A stretch of 63,745 nt of DNA, the filler included, from an uncultured Methylococcales bacterium (GTDB lineage: Bacteria; Pseudomonadota; Gammaproteobacteria; Methylococcales; G963664935): the NCBI GenBank assembly GCA_964653275.1. It is 3 parts of 3 records of this genome, joined end to end, with 100 filler letters (N's around TTAATTAATTAA, not from the genome) between each part and the next. Parts side by side here need not be neighbours in the genome. Positions count along the whole stretch, not along the records: positions 44,765 to 63,745 come from CAZZET010000071.1; 2 more parts are not named here. One strand, written 5' to 3'. Below the pieces are notes generated by a model. That model was given only the letters and a program-made list of their open reading frames with translations, ran no database searches and had not been told where the DNA came from. The translations under genes were made by a program, and so were the position numbers. Below, in pieces: positions 54,327 to 63,745 of the stretch. The number at the start of each line of letters is the position of its first letter. Position 1 is the first letter of the stretch.

Positions 54327-54908
54327 TTGAAAGAATACTTTTTTATCCTTATTAGCACCGTTTTGGTCAATAACTTCGTTCTGGTTAATTTCCTTGGGTT
54401 GTGCCCGTTTTTGGGTGTATCCCGCAATCAAGGAACGGCTTTGGGGATGGGGTTTGCGACAATCTTTGTGTTGACCTTGTCCTCCATGGGTAGTTATCTG
54501 GTCAACCACTTCCTACTCAATCCCTTAGGTTTAGAGTATCTTCGGATCATAGCTTTTATAGTGGTCATTGCCTCGGTAGTCCAGTTTACGGAAATGGTGG
54601 TTCATAAAACCAGTCCTTTGCTTTACCAGGTGCTTGGAATGTTTTTGCCGCTGATTACGACTAATTGTGCAGTACTTGGTGTGGCATTGCTCAATGTCCA
54701 GGCGCGACATGGTTTTGTCGAATCGTTAATTTATGGATTTGGCGCAGCGATGGGTTTTACGCTTGTGCTTGTACTTTTTGCTGGAATCAGAGAAAAAATC
54801 GAAGCTGCCGATGTACCAAAGCCTTTCCAGGGAACACCCATTGGTCTTATCACTGCTGGCTTGATGTCCATGGCATTTATGGGCTTTACTGGCTTAATTA
54901 AAACCTAA
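54327..54908 (+). CDS. rnfA: Electron transport complex subunit RnfA/RsxA
   Basis: [29 protein letters not shown]. Confidence 0.96.
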   Translation: MKEYFFILISTVLVNNFVLVNFLGLCPFLGVSRNQGTALGMGFATIFVLTLSSMGSYLVNHFLLNPLGLEYLRIIAFIVVIASVVQFTEMVVHKTSPLLYQVLGMFLPLITTNCAVLGVALLNVQARHGFVESLIYGFGAAMGFTLVLVLFAGIREKIEAADVPKPFQGTPIGLITAGLMSMAFMGFTGLIKT

Positions 54909-55071
54909 GGTATATTGCGAAGAATAAGTTACCAGCTTCGCGTTTTTATGCCTCTATTTTCTATGTTGTACGGCAGGTATCCTAGCCATATGTGGGGTTT
55001 TTTGTGTATTGTGAATAGGAAACCTAAACAACGTAATTGTAGTAGTTTAATCGTTTCGTATAGCTAAGAAG

Positions 55072-55971
55072 ATGCTTGAGATCTTTCTTGCCAGCCTGCT
55101 GTTTGCAATGTTGGGCCTGCTTCTCGGGTTTGCTTCAAACCGATTTCAAATACAAGGAAACCCGTTAGCCGATGCGTTGGATTCAGTGCTTCCCCAAACT
55201 CAATGTGGACAATGCAGTTACCCTGGTTGCCGTCCGTATGCGGAAGCGATCGCCGATAACAAAGCGGATATTAATCAGTGTCCGCCAGGGGGTGAGAATA
55301 CAGTGGCAGCATTGGCCGAATTGTTGGGAATCGATCCTAAACCACTCAATGCTGAATATGGTATCCAAAAACCGGAAGCTATTGCCTTTATAGTGGAAGA
55401 AGAGTGTATAGGGTGTACGCTTTGCGTAGACGCGTGCCCAGTAGACGCTATTCTAGGTGCGTCTAAAATGATGCATACGGTAATTCAAACCGAATGTACT
55501 GGCTGTGAACTTTGTATTGAGCCCTGTCCTGTCGATTGCATAGTGATGAAATCGAGCGAGGAAACTGTTGACCTTTGGCAAGGGTTAAAACCGATCATGC
55601 CGTGTATCCGCTGTGGAGATTGCGTAACCGTTTGTCCCAAAAATCTTTTGCCCCAAGAGCTTTATCAGCAATGCTGCACCGGTGCATTGGATCAAGAGGA
55701 TGAATATAACCTTATGGATTGCGTTGAATGTGGCCTTTGTAATAATGTTTGTCCAAGTGAGATTCCTTTGGTGCAATATTTTAATATCGGAAAAAAAGAA
55801 CTAAACGTCAAACAGCAAAATCGAATCAAAGCTAAACGTTCTAAACTTCGCTATGTTAATCGTCTTGAAAGATTACGCCAAACTGAAAACGAGCGAAAAC
55901 AGAGTATACAAAGAAAAAAACAGGCTTTAAAAAAAACCAACGCACTCCCGTTGGGAGTTGTTCGGAAATAA
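55072..55971 (+). CDS. rnfB: RnfB/RsxB fused to an RnfC-type 2[4Fe-4S] and coiled-coil segment
   Basis: [39 protein letters not shown]; then [35 protein letters not shown]. Confidence 0.85.
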   Translation: MLEIFLASLLFAMLGLLLGFASNRFQIQGNPLADALDSVLPQTQCGQCSYPGCRPYAEAIADNKADINQCPPGGENTVAALAELLGIDPKPLNAEYGIQKPEAIAFIVEEECIGCTLCVDACPVDAILGASKMMHTVIQTECTGCELCIEPCPVDCIVMKSSEETVDLWQGLKPIMPCIRCGDCVTVCPKNLLPQELYQQCCTGALDQEDEYNLMDCVECGLCNNVCPSEIPLVQYFNIGKKELNVKQQNRIKAKRSKLRYVNRLERLRQTENERKQSIQRKKQALKKTNALPLGVVRK

Positions 55972-56181
55972 ATTGAAGGATATCGGACACTAATTCAGGT
56001 CTCCGTTTTTGTTTAAAAAGAAAAGCGTGTAACTTAATAGTGCCTTGGGTTGATTACATACAAATGCCATGTTTCAACGTATGTAAAAAAACTTTGCTCT
56101 AGGCGCATATCGGCTACTGTCAAAAGCGTAAATTCACCAACTGACACATTACCCGTTCATGGTGAATTGAATAGCTACTCC

Positions 56182-56225
56182 AAAAAAAAACCGGCGCAGA
56201 TTCTTGATCGGCGCCGGTTGAAAAA
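56182..56225. terminator. Rho-independent terminator (degP side)
   Basis: aaccggcgc/gcgccggtt stem with an A9 run 5' of it (U tract on the minus strand). Confidence 0.75.
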
Positions 56226-56265
56226 GCAATCCATTGCATAGGAGTAAGCTGCACTTACAAAAGGG

Positions 56266-57810
56266 TTATCCAATTTTTAGAATGACAAATCGAGAACTGT
56301 CGCCACGTGTTACCAGTAACAAAACTTTTTCCTGGTCTTCGGTTTTGGTTTGGTTAAAAACTTTGATTACTTCTTCCGGGGACGATACATCTTTTTCACC
56401 GACCTGAACGATTACATCACCAGGTTTTAATCCTGTTTGTTGAGCCGGGCTACCGTTTGCAACATCCGCGATAACAACCCCATTATCTAAATCGTTGCCC
56501 AATCGATATTGTTGTCTAGTTTGCGGGGTAAGGGGAACCAGTGCCAAACCTAGTTTGCCACGCTCGGTTCCATGGGTTTCAGGAGTTACTGCTGCGTGTT
56601 GCTGCTGCGGCGATTCATCAGTTACCACGGTCAACTTTCGGTGGTTGCCCTTTCTCCATATCTGTACAGAATATTTTTGGTCTGGTGCTGCATTCGCTAC
56701 AACACGGCTCAAATCTTTAGGTTTAACAATTTTCTGGCCATTAAAACTTGTAATAACATCGCCAACTTTCAAACCTGCGCGCTTTGCCGGACTTTCAGAA
56801 ACGACACTCACTATCACAGCGCCTTTGGCGTTGGAAAGTCCCAGACTGTCAGCAAGTTCGCTCGTTAGCGGCTGTATTTGTACACCTAACCAACTTCTCT
56901 CGACATGTCCAGCTGTGCGTAGTTGGTTGATAACAGACTCTGCCTGTGTTGACGGTATCGCAAATCCGATTCCGACGTTTCCACCATTCGGTGAATAAAT
57001 CGCTGTATTGATACCGACAACATTGCCATTCAAATCGAATAGAGGTCCACCGGAATTTCCTTGGTTTATTGGTGCGTCAATTTGAATAAAATCATCGAAC
57101 GGACCCGACTCAATATCGCGACCACGTGCCGAGATAATTCCAGTAGTCGCGGTATTGCCGAGGCCGAAAGGGTTACCAATAGCCAGGATCTGATCGCCAA
57201 CACGTGCTTTGTCCGACTTACCAAAACTTACGTAAGCAAAAGTATCCGAACTTTTTATTTTCAATAATGCAAGATCTGTTTTTGGGTCTGTGCCCAAGAC
57301 CTTAGCCGAATATTGTTTACCGTTGTCTAAGGTAATCGTGACTTTATCGGCGTTTCGAACGACGTGGTTATTGGTAACAACAAGTCCATCCGGGGTGATG
57401 ATAAAACCTGATCCGGCCGCCTTGAAATCTGGAGTCGGGTATCGGTTTGTCGGACCCTGGCCGAAATGGTGACGAAAAAATTCATCATAGGGTGTTCCAG
57501 AGGGGAAGTCTGGTACGCGTGAGCGGTAGTTTATTTGTCCGGCGGCTTTGCCAGTAACCGATATGTTGACAACCGCTGGTTTAACAGCTTCAATCAAATC
57601 CGCTATACTGCCGGCTGTCTGTTGGACTGAAATGGACGAGGCCTGCGGTGGTATTGATTTTCCGACGGCTGGTGAGGTTGCCGACAGTGTTGCAATTACG
57701 GCAGCGACCAGGATCGTTGAGGTCGTGATTACAGTCTTTTTCAGCAGCCGATTATCGGCAACTTTTACAGGTTCTACGTTGTTGGATACGCTATGGTATT
57801 GAACAGTCAT
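56266..57810 (-). CDS. degP: DegP/DegQ (HtrA) serine endoprotease with two PDZ domains
   Basis: TNNHVV, DLALLK, INQGNSGGPL triad; two PDZ domains. Confidence 0.93.
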   Translation of the reverse strand: MTVQYHSVSNNVEPVKVADNRLLKKTVITTSTILVAAVIATLSATSPAVGKSIPPQASSISVQQTAGSIADLIEAVKPAVVNISVTGKAAGQINYRSRVPDFPSGTPYDEFFRHHFGQGPTNRYPTPDFKAAGSGFIITPDGLVVTNNHVVRNADKVTITLDNGKQYSAKVLGTDPKTDLALLKIKSSDTFAYVSFGKSDKARVGDQILAIGNPFGLGNTATTGIISARGRDIESGPFDDFIQIDAPINQGNSGGPLFDLNGNVVGINTAIYSPNGGNVGIGFAIPSTQAESVINQLRTAGHVERSWLGVQIQPLTSELADSLGLSNAKGAVIVSVVSESPAKRAGLKVGDVITSFNGQKIVKPKDLSRVVANAAPDQKYSVQIWRKGNHRKLTVVTDESPQQQHAAVTPETHGTERGKLGLALVPLTPQTRQQYRLGNDLDNGVVIADVANGSPAQQTGLKPGDVIVQVGEKDVSSPEEVIKVFNQTKTEDQEKVLLLVTRGDSSRFVILKIG

Positions 57811-57913
57811 TTTTTGTCTCCTTATGGCGAAAATATTTCGTAAATCGTTAGGGTTAAAACGAATCTTGACGGTAATCTTATTCTGGTCATGCTTTCGCCA
57901 GCCTTAACGCAGC

Positions 57914-57929
57914 ATTACATTTTTTTAAT
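57914..57929. promoter_or_regulatory. Possible CusR/CopR-like operator between degP and the response regulator
   Basis: ATTACAtttttttAAT, imperfect ATTACA-N4-TGTAAT palindrome. Confidence 0.3.
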
Positions 57930-58021
57930 CTTTTATATCGGACAGATTTATAGGCTGTGTTTTGTTATAAACTGACCCTATCAAAAGCAATCTTTGTGTT
58001 TAGAATGTTCCTACTACTGCA

Positions 58022-58699
58022 ATGCGAATACTGATCATTGAGGATGACAGTCAAACAGCGTCTTATCTCTGTAAAGGGCTTAGAGAGGGCGGCCATGTCG
58101 TGGATCATTCCGGAGATGGTCAGGATGGCCTATTCATGGCGTTGGAAATTGATTACGAAGCCATCGTTGTTGACCGTATGTTGCCAAAGTTGGACGGTTT
58201 GTCTGTGATTAAAGCGCTGCGTGCTGCGAACAAACATACTCCCGTGATAATTCTCAGTGCTCTTGGGGAAGTTGATGATAGGGTACAAGGGCTTCGTGCA
58301 GGGAGCGATGACTATTTGGTTAAACCCTTTGCGTTTTCCGAATTGATGGCACGTTTGGACGCATTAAACCGCCGCTCCGATTCGGATACTGTCCAAACGG
58401 TTTTGCAGGTTGGTAGTTTGGAAATCGATCTATTGTCCCGCAAGGTGAAGCGAGACGGAAAGGTACTTGATTTGCAACCGCGTGAACTCCGACTGTTGGA
58501 ATATCTTATGCGGCATACCGGTCAGGTGGTTACACGAACTATGCTTTTGGAAAATGTCTGGGATTATCATTTCGATCCACAGACCAATGTCATCGACGTA
58601 CATATCAGTCGGTTACGTAGCAAGATTGACAAAGATTTCGACAAGCCGCTATTACATACTATACGTGGTGCTGGGTACTGTCTCCGTGCGGCGAATTAG
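58022..58699 (+). CDS. OmpR/CusR family response regulator
   Basis: IIEDD, DRMLP, DDYLVKPF, TNVIDVHISRLRSK, TIRGAGY. Confidence 0.95.
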   Translation: MRILIIEDDSQTASYLCKGLREGGHVVDHSGDGQDGLFMALEIDYEAIVVDRMLPKLDGLSVIKALRAANKHTPVIILSALGEVDDRVQGLRAGSDDYLVKPFAFSELMARLDALNRRSDSDTVQTVLQVGSLEIDLLSRKVKRDGKVLDLQPRELRLLEYLMRHTGQVVTRTMLLENVWDYHFDPQTNVIDVHISRLRSKIDKDFDKPLLHTIRGAGYCLRAAN

Positions 58700-60098
58700 T
58701 TTATTTAGAAGTTCTACGTTACTTTTGACAATAGTCTCTGTGAGCTTGTTTACGCTTTCTGCTTTGCTGCTATTGGCGTTTATTTTTTTTTATACCGCAA
58801 ATTATATGGCCGAGCAGACCGATGCGACCATCGAGGCTGAAATCGCTGGGCTTAAAGAACGCTATAAAGTAAATGGATTAACCGGATTAACTCGACTTAT
58901 TAAGGAGCGAATTGCTCGGAAGCCGACCGGTTCAGGATTAATTTTGCTCGCGGATCAGCACTTCAATGTATTGGTGGGTAATCTGAGTCGTTGGCCAGAT
59001 GCATCCGAAACCTCAGATGGATGGCTGAATTTTCGGCTTGAAGATAAGGGCTGGGGTGAAGACGCGATTCACAAAGCGCGTGCCCGTCCATTCCGCTTGA
59101 TTGGGGGATTTCATTTGTTGGTGGGGCGTGACTTACACGATCTGGAAATGAGCAAACGGGCTATCGCCAAAACGCTAATTTCTAGCCTGGCTTTCGCTGC
59201 CGTACTGGCATTGGTAGGTGGCCTAGCGATGACGGGTAGCTTGATCAGGCGAATTGAAGCGATAAACCAAACCAGCAACGAAATCATGAATGGCGATTTG
59301 TCGCGACGTATTCCGACTAACCATACTGGCGATGATTTCGACCAATTATCCGAAAACCTAAACCACATGCTCGATCGCATAGAAATGTTAATGGAGGGTG
59401 TGCGACAGGTTTCGGATAATATTGCACATGATTTGAGGACACCATTGGCACGGCTTAGAAATCATTTGGACGAAGTGCTCCAGGAAACTGCGAGAGCCGG
59501 TGGAGATAGTGAATGTATCGAGCGGGCTATTCAGGAAGCTGATGACTTGTTGGTTACATTTAACGCATTACTGCGTATCGCACGGATCGAATCCAAAAAC
59601 CGAGTGGAGCATTTTACGTTTGTGGAACTTGCCGATTTGGTCCGTAATGTGGTTGACTTTTATGAGCCGTTGGTGGAAGAGAAGAATCAGCAGCTGGATG
59701 TATTCTTGTCGCCAGGAGCAAAGGTTCAGGTTGACCGGGAATTACTCTCGCAAACGATCGCTAATATACTTGATAATTCTATAAAGTATACGCCTGGAAA
59801 TGGCAATATTGAGGTTCGTATTACATCTGAGCAGGGTCGGGTAAAGTTGGTGATTGCAGATTCGGGACCAGGGATTCCTTGGGCGGAGCGAAATAAGGTA
59901 TTCCAGCGTTTCTATCGCTTGGAATCCAGCCGCAGTAGCCCTGGAAATGGATTGGGTTTAAGTCTGGTATACGCAGTTGCGAGCTTGCATAATCTGGATC
60001 TTAAATTGGAGAGTAATAATCCCGGGTTGCGCGTTATAATTGTTTTCCCAAACCTTGATCAAAGTGCTCAGAAAGTTAATCCATTACCTATAGGATAA
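58686..60098 (+). CDS. HAMP sensor histidine kinase
   Basis: Two TM, HAMP, IAHDLRTPL, NILDNSIKY, DSGPG, GLGL; GTG start overlapping the regulator. Confidence 0.93.
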   Translation: MRRISLFRSSTLLLTIVSVSLFTLSALLLLAFIFFYTANYMAEQTDATIEAEIAGLKERYKVNGLTGLTRLIKERIARKPTGSGLILLADQHFNVLVGNLSRWPDASETSDGWLNFRLEDKGWGEDAIHKARARPFRLIGGFHLLVGRDLHDLEMSKRAIAKTLISSLAFAAVLALVGGLAMTGSLIRRIEAINQTSNEIMNGDLSRRIPTNHTGDDFDQLSENLNHMLDRIEMLMEGVRQVSDNIAHDLRTPLARLRNHLDEVLQETARAGGDSECIERAIQEADDLLVTFNALLRIARIESKNRVEHFTFVELADLVRNVVDFYEPLVEEKNQQLDVFLSPGAKVQVDRELLSQTIANILDNSIKYTPGNGNIEVRITSEQGRVKLVIADSGPGIPWAERNKVFQRFYRLESSRSSPGNGLGLSLVYAVASLHNLDLKLESNNPGLRVIIVFPNLDQSAQKVNPLPIG

Positions 60099-60363
60099 CT
60101 GATGCGATTAAAAATACCGCGCTGGATAAAATACCGGGTCGGTGGTTTGTTTTAGGTGTTCAATCGCAGATTCAGGAATATGTAACATTCAGGTGTCCTC
60201 CAAAATGTTGTCAAGGCTGATTTGAACAAAAGTCACCGTTGATTTCCATAATAGCAATATATACGATTAATGGATATTGTAAACAAAGAACGATATCCGT
60301 GTAACCATGATGAACGAAAACTGGGTATAAAATCTCGGGTATATGCAACACAGGAAGATGTGG

Positions 60364-60756
60364 ATGTCCAAGAAAATGAACGAACAATTGAGTAATTTCG
60401 GGAAACGATTGGGAGTGCTTAGAAAAGCCGCTGGTTATACCCAACAGCAATTAGCCGATGAAATCGGTGCAACACGGCGGATGATTGCTTATTACGAATC
60501 AGAAAGTCAGCATCCACCAGCCAACATGCTGGTGGATTTGGTGAAGGCCTTAACGATTAGTGCGGATGAGTTGCTCGGTATCAAGCCATCTCAGGCGACA
60601 CCGGCTGGCAGCCGGTTAGAAAGACGGATCAAAAAAATCGAAACCTTGGGGCCGAAACCGAGAAAACAAATTTTGCAGCTCATTGATACGTTTATCGAAG
60701 TCGAGCAACTCAAACAACAAGTCAATCCATCTCAGCCTGTGGAGGAAAGGGGTTAG
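60364..60756 (+). CDS. XRE family HTH regulator
   Basis: FGKRLGVLRK...TQQQLADEIG.TRRMIAYYE, SADELLG. Confidence 0.88.
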   Translation: MSKKMNEQLSNFGKRLGVLRKAAGYTQQQLADEIGATRRMIAYYESESQHPPANMLVDLVKALTISADELLGIKPSQATPAGSRLERRIKKIETLGPKPRKQILQLIDTFIEVEQLKQQVNPSQPVEERG

Positions 60757-60758
60757 CT

Positions 60759-60989
60759 ATGGAACAGATCGTCAATTTGCATATTGAGAAGTTACCGGAA
60801 GGCGTTTATCTAGCAACATCTGAGGATATACCGGGTTTGGTAGCCCAAGGCCGAACAATTACTGAAACGCTGGAGATTGCCCGAGATGTCGCAAAAAAAC
60901 TATTGGATGCTCAGGAAGAAAGGCGACAACAAACAACCCTCGCTAAAACAACGGATTCTTTTGATTATCCACTGATTGTAGGTCACTGA
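60759..60989 (+). CDS. hicB: HicB family antitoxin
   Basis: IEKLPEGVYLATSEDIPGLVAQGRTITETLEIARD; TGATG coupling to hicA. Confidence 0.88.
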   Translation: MEQIVNLHIEKLPEGVYLATSEDIPGLVAQGRTITETLEIARDVAKKLLDAQEERRQQTTLAKTTDSFDYPLIVGH

Positions 60990-61202
60990 TGGGCCGGTTG
61001 GCCGGATTTAAATATCGGCAGATTATCAAGCGGCTGAAAGCCTTGGGATTTCTATTCGACCGGCAGGCCGCCGGAAGCCATGAAATCTGGTATAACCCGG
61101 AAACCAACCATTCCCAACCACTCCGGTGATATGCCGGAAGGTACGCTCAGGGCCATTTTGAAGCAGGCAGGGATTGCAGCAGAAGACTTTTTGGGAAAAT
61201 AA
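60989..61202 (+). pseudogene. hicA: HicA family toxin, frameshifted
   Basis: MGRLAGFKYRQIIKRLKALGF.FDRQAAGSHEIWYNPET, then another frame gives TIPNHSGDMPEGTLRAILKQAGI; 214 nt, not a multiple of 3. Confidence 0.85.
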
Positions 61203-61301
61203 AGCTGTTACCTTTTTTCAGAAAGAACAGAAAGTTTGATTCTGTGCTTGTGGTGTATGGAATGTACCCTACCGAGCTAAAATAGCTGTTATCGCTTTAA
61301 C

Positions 61302-61351
61302 TAATAGCAGATGTTTATCAATCTATTATGACCTATCGAGACCGACCCCTT
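61302..61351 (+). repeat. 50-bp direct repeat, copy 1
   Basis: taatagcagatgtttatcaatctattatgacctatcgagaccgacccctt; 45/50 identical to 61615-61664. Confidence 0.9.
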
Positions 61352-61356
61352 CGATC

Positions 61357-61587
61357 CGGCAAATCATTGAACGCATCTTCGAGGCCGCTAAAAAACTAGA
61401 GGATTTCCCGGAATTGGGATGACGAGTACCGGAAGCCGAAGAAAGAAACGATGTTTGAGAGTTGATATTTCAGGGCTATCACATCATCTATCTGGCACAG
61501 TCCGACGCCGTTTCCATTATCACCGTTATCCATGGTAGCCGGGATCTATCGGACGTGGAAAAGCAACCGTGGAATGTGGATCAATGA
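61357..61587 (+). pseudogene. RelE/ParE family toxin remnant
   Basis: RQIIERIFEAAKKLEDFPELG*RVPE...DV*ELIFQGYHIIY...IITVIHGSRDL; two in-frame TGA, N-terminus missing. Confidence 0.82.
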
Positions 61588-61614
61588 TGTAGCAGAGAAA
61601 GACCTATTGCTTTT

Positions 61615-61664
61615 TAATAGTAGATATTTATCAATCTGTTACGACCAATCGAGACCGACCCCTT
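61615..61664 (+). repeat. 50-bp direct repeat, copy 2
   Basis: taatagtagatatttatcaatctgttacgaccaatcgagaccgacccctt. Confidence 0.9.
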
Positions 61665-61757
61665 TGGTTTATACTTTTCCAATTGTAACGCTAGAATCCT
61701 CCCGCCAAACCACGCCATTTTTTAATTGGCTATAGTGCTTGAATTTGCAGGAGGCAT

Positions 61758-62024
61758 TCATGTTTCTTGAATCGAAATACGCGCGGATATTAAATTGTAG
61801 AACCACGCAAATAACGCTCCGCCAATCAAGCCATCAGGAAAAGCCCAAATCAAACCCACAAGACTACCCAGAGGACTTATGTTATAGCCACGATAGAATT
61901 GCCCCAAGAGTGTAACCTCTCCTGTGATGCCATCAAAAGCAATGATCCACCAAGTACCGACAAACAGACCAAGTCCCCAAATAATGCCACACGTGAGTGC
62001 AAAAGCTTTTACATTTAATTTCAT
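61758..62024 (-). CDS. Small membrane protein (family sometimes labelled holin-like)
   Basis: 88 aa, hydrophobic, GAGGTGG RBS; AFALTCGIIWG...YRGY.ISPLGSLVG..WAF.DG...AWFYN. Confidence 0.7.
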   Translation of the reverse strand: MKLNVKAFALTCGIIWGLGLFVGTWWIIAFDGITGEVTLLGQFYRGYNISPLGSLVGLIWAFPDGLIGGALFAWFYNLISARISIQET

Positions 62025-62121
62025 AATTCCACCTCATTTCCTCAATGCTTAAAAACCTATTGACCCGTTCTTTAGATAAACTAATATCATGCTTTTATAT
62101 AATGGTAAGCACGTAAACATC

Positions 62122-62135
62122 TTGATTTAGATCAA
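62122..62135. promoter_or_regulatory. FNR/ANR box
   Basis: Perfect TTGAT-ttag-ATCAA in a divergent intergenic region. Confidence 0.7.
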
Positions 62136-62372
62136 ATATTTTTTACCTAGGACAGGACTTCTCGCAATTCACCCGGACGTTTTCACCCACATCCTTTTGA
62201 AATCCTTGCCGATGCGCACTAATTCACTAGCAAATATGAGGTCATGCCGTAAGACAAAAGTTACAATTTGGCAATACACATGGAAAATGCGATAGTCTAC
62301 CTAAATTGGCTAATGACCATTATTTTTTACTAACACTAACCTTATAGCCGCTAATCAAGCACAATAACCATA

Positions 62373-63617
62373 ATGAAAATTCAAGACTTGCTTGAAGATA
62401 TGTTGGGGACTGATATCCCTGTTGGAATACGAGCATACGATGGTACCCACATGGGGCCAGAAAACCCACCAGCTAGCTTAGTCATCCATTCCATTGACGC
62501 ATTACGACGGGTCGTTACCCGTCCAGGAGAATTAGGCTTTGCCCGTTCCTATATAGCAGGAGACGTAGATATTGAAGGTGACATTTACGAATTTATCAAT
62601 CTCAATGCGCGTTTACCACAGGTCAAATTAAAACCACGACAGATATTGATGGCGCTTCGAATTTTAGGCTTAGCAAATTTGCGTCTGCTTCCAATTCCGA
62701 AGGAAGAACTTACCAGGAAAAAAGGCTTACTACATTCAAAAGAACGTGACCTTGTGGCAGTTTCTCATCATTACGATGTTTCAAATGACTTCTACCGCTG
62801 TATTTTAGGCCCTTCCATGACCTACTCTTGCGCGGTATTTAATTCCGAATCAGACAATCTCGAACAGGCACAAATCAACAAATATGATTTGATTTGCCGA
62901 AAGCTCAACCTTCAACCTGGAGATCGGTTTTTGGATATTGGATGTGGTTGGGGGGGTATGGCGGAATACGCAGCTAAAGAATATGGTGCTAAGGTGGTAG
63001 CAATTACAATTGCGGATCGGCAGGTAGAATACGCACGTAAGCGAATAATGAAGACCGGATTGGAAAAACAAGTAGACGTTAGAAAACAGGATTACCGCGA
63101 CTTAACCGATGCCCCCTTCGATGCCATATGTTCCATTGGTATGTTCGAACATGCGGGACTTTCTAAACGAAGCCAATATTTTGCGAAGGTCTTCTCGCTC
63201 ACGCGAGATGGAGGTCGTTTATTGAATCACGCGATCAGCAGACGGGCACTAATCCAAGAACGCACACCGCAATCTGGTTTTGTAGACCGCTATGTATTTC
63301 CTGATGGTGAGGCCATAGAAATTGGAAAAGTAATTTCTGCGATTCAACAAGCCGGCTTTGAAGCGAAACACATGGAAAACTTACGCGAACATTATGTACT
63401 AACGTTGCGCCATTGGGTCAATAACCTTGAAACCAACTGGGAACAAGCTGTCGCCGCATCTTCGTTAGGACGCACCCGTGTTTGGAAACTCTATTTAGCG
63501 GGCGCATCGATTCGTTTCGCCTGGAATCACCTCAATGTCAACCAAGTATTGGCAGTTAAATCTAAACACGGCCTCGATACAGAATCGGGTCCTTTACGTC
63601 CCAATTGGGGCCGTTAA
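62373..63617 (+). CDS. cfa: Cyclopropane-fatty-acyl-phospholipid synthase family methyltransferase
   Basis: HHYDVSNDFY, MTYSCA, LDIGCGWG, SIGMFEH, YVFPDG, HYVLTL. Confidence 0.92.
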   Translation: MKIQDLLEDMLGTDIPVGIRAYDGTHMGPENPPASLVIHSIDALRRVVTRPGELGFARSYIAGDVDIEGDIYEFINLNARLPQVKLKPRQILMALRILGLANLRLLPIPKEELTRKKGLLHSKERDLVAVSHHYDVSNDFYRCILGPSMTYSCAVFNSESDNLEQAQINKYDLICRKLNLQPGDRFLDIGCGWGGMAEYAAKEYGAKVVAITIADRQVEYARKRIMKTGLEKQVDVRKQDYRDLTDAPFDAICSIGMFEHAGLSKRSQYFAKVFSLTRDGGRLLNHAISRRALIQERTPQSGFVDRYVFPDGEAIEIGKVISAIQQAGFEAKHMENLREHYVLTLRHWVNNLETNWEQAVAASSLGRTRVWKLYLAGASIRFAWNHLNVNQVLAVKSKHGLDTESGPLRPNWGR

Positions 63618-63745
63618 TATGTTAACCATAATGAACGCTACAAAATACTCCTGAATCCCACCCCGCTAGCTTGAACCTTAAAAATAACCTGCTTTTAGTT
63701 TAAAACTTTCCCTATACCCCGAAGTATCTATTACCGCGGGATATA

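Noticed and set aside
54911..55062. Possible decayed MITE between rnfA and rnfB
   Set aside because: Terminal complementarity is too weak to support.
61302..61664. CRISPR array or integron attC reading of the 50-bp repeats
   Set aside because: Only two copies with a 263-nt spacer, no cas or intI gene, and no RYYYAAC...GTTRRRY palindrome.
63650..63690. cttgaacc segment suggestive of 6S RNA or a tRNA
   Set aside because: No complementary arm or cloverleaf; no tRNA or rRNA was recognised anywhere in the window.

Overview
About 64 kb of gammaproteobacterial chromosomal DNA. A Methylococcales-like origin is my impression only, not shown. The window is three contigs joined by artificial 100-nt spacers (N44-TTAATTAATTAA-N44 at 22295-22394 and 44665-44764), so gene adjacency across the spacers cannot be relied on. 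Contig 1: partial exosortase, LMW tyrosine phosphatase, a flagellar cluster (fleQ-fleS-fleR-fliEFGHIJK, minus strand), a five-gene A1-type cytochrome c oxidase operon whose subunit II carries two heme-c domains, a REC-PAS-HK/NarL pair and a TPR protein. Contig 2: pgi-glk, a Fur-boxed feoA-feoA-feoB-feoC operon, an orphan NarL regulator, metK-ahcY-metF-rsmE, a PP2C/Ser-Thr kinase fusion, pyrF, argE, ilvD, an SH3 protein, argF and argD. Contig 3: DUF547 plus a VTT/DedA-fused flavoprotein disulfide reductase, AraC, PiT, SpoIIE, trhO, GST, yajD, rnfA with an RnfB-RnfC chimera, degP with a two-component pair, a decayed toxin-antitoxin island bounded by 50-bp direct repeats, and a cfa-family gene. 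Most notable: the repeat-delimited TA cassette stack, the minimal RnfA/RnfB::C module, a candidate sRNA with an anti-SD-like seed under a RegA-type box, a membrane-tethered HicB-fold protein, and several MITE-like elements inside operons.
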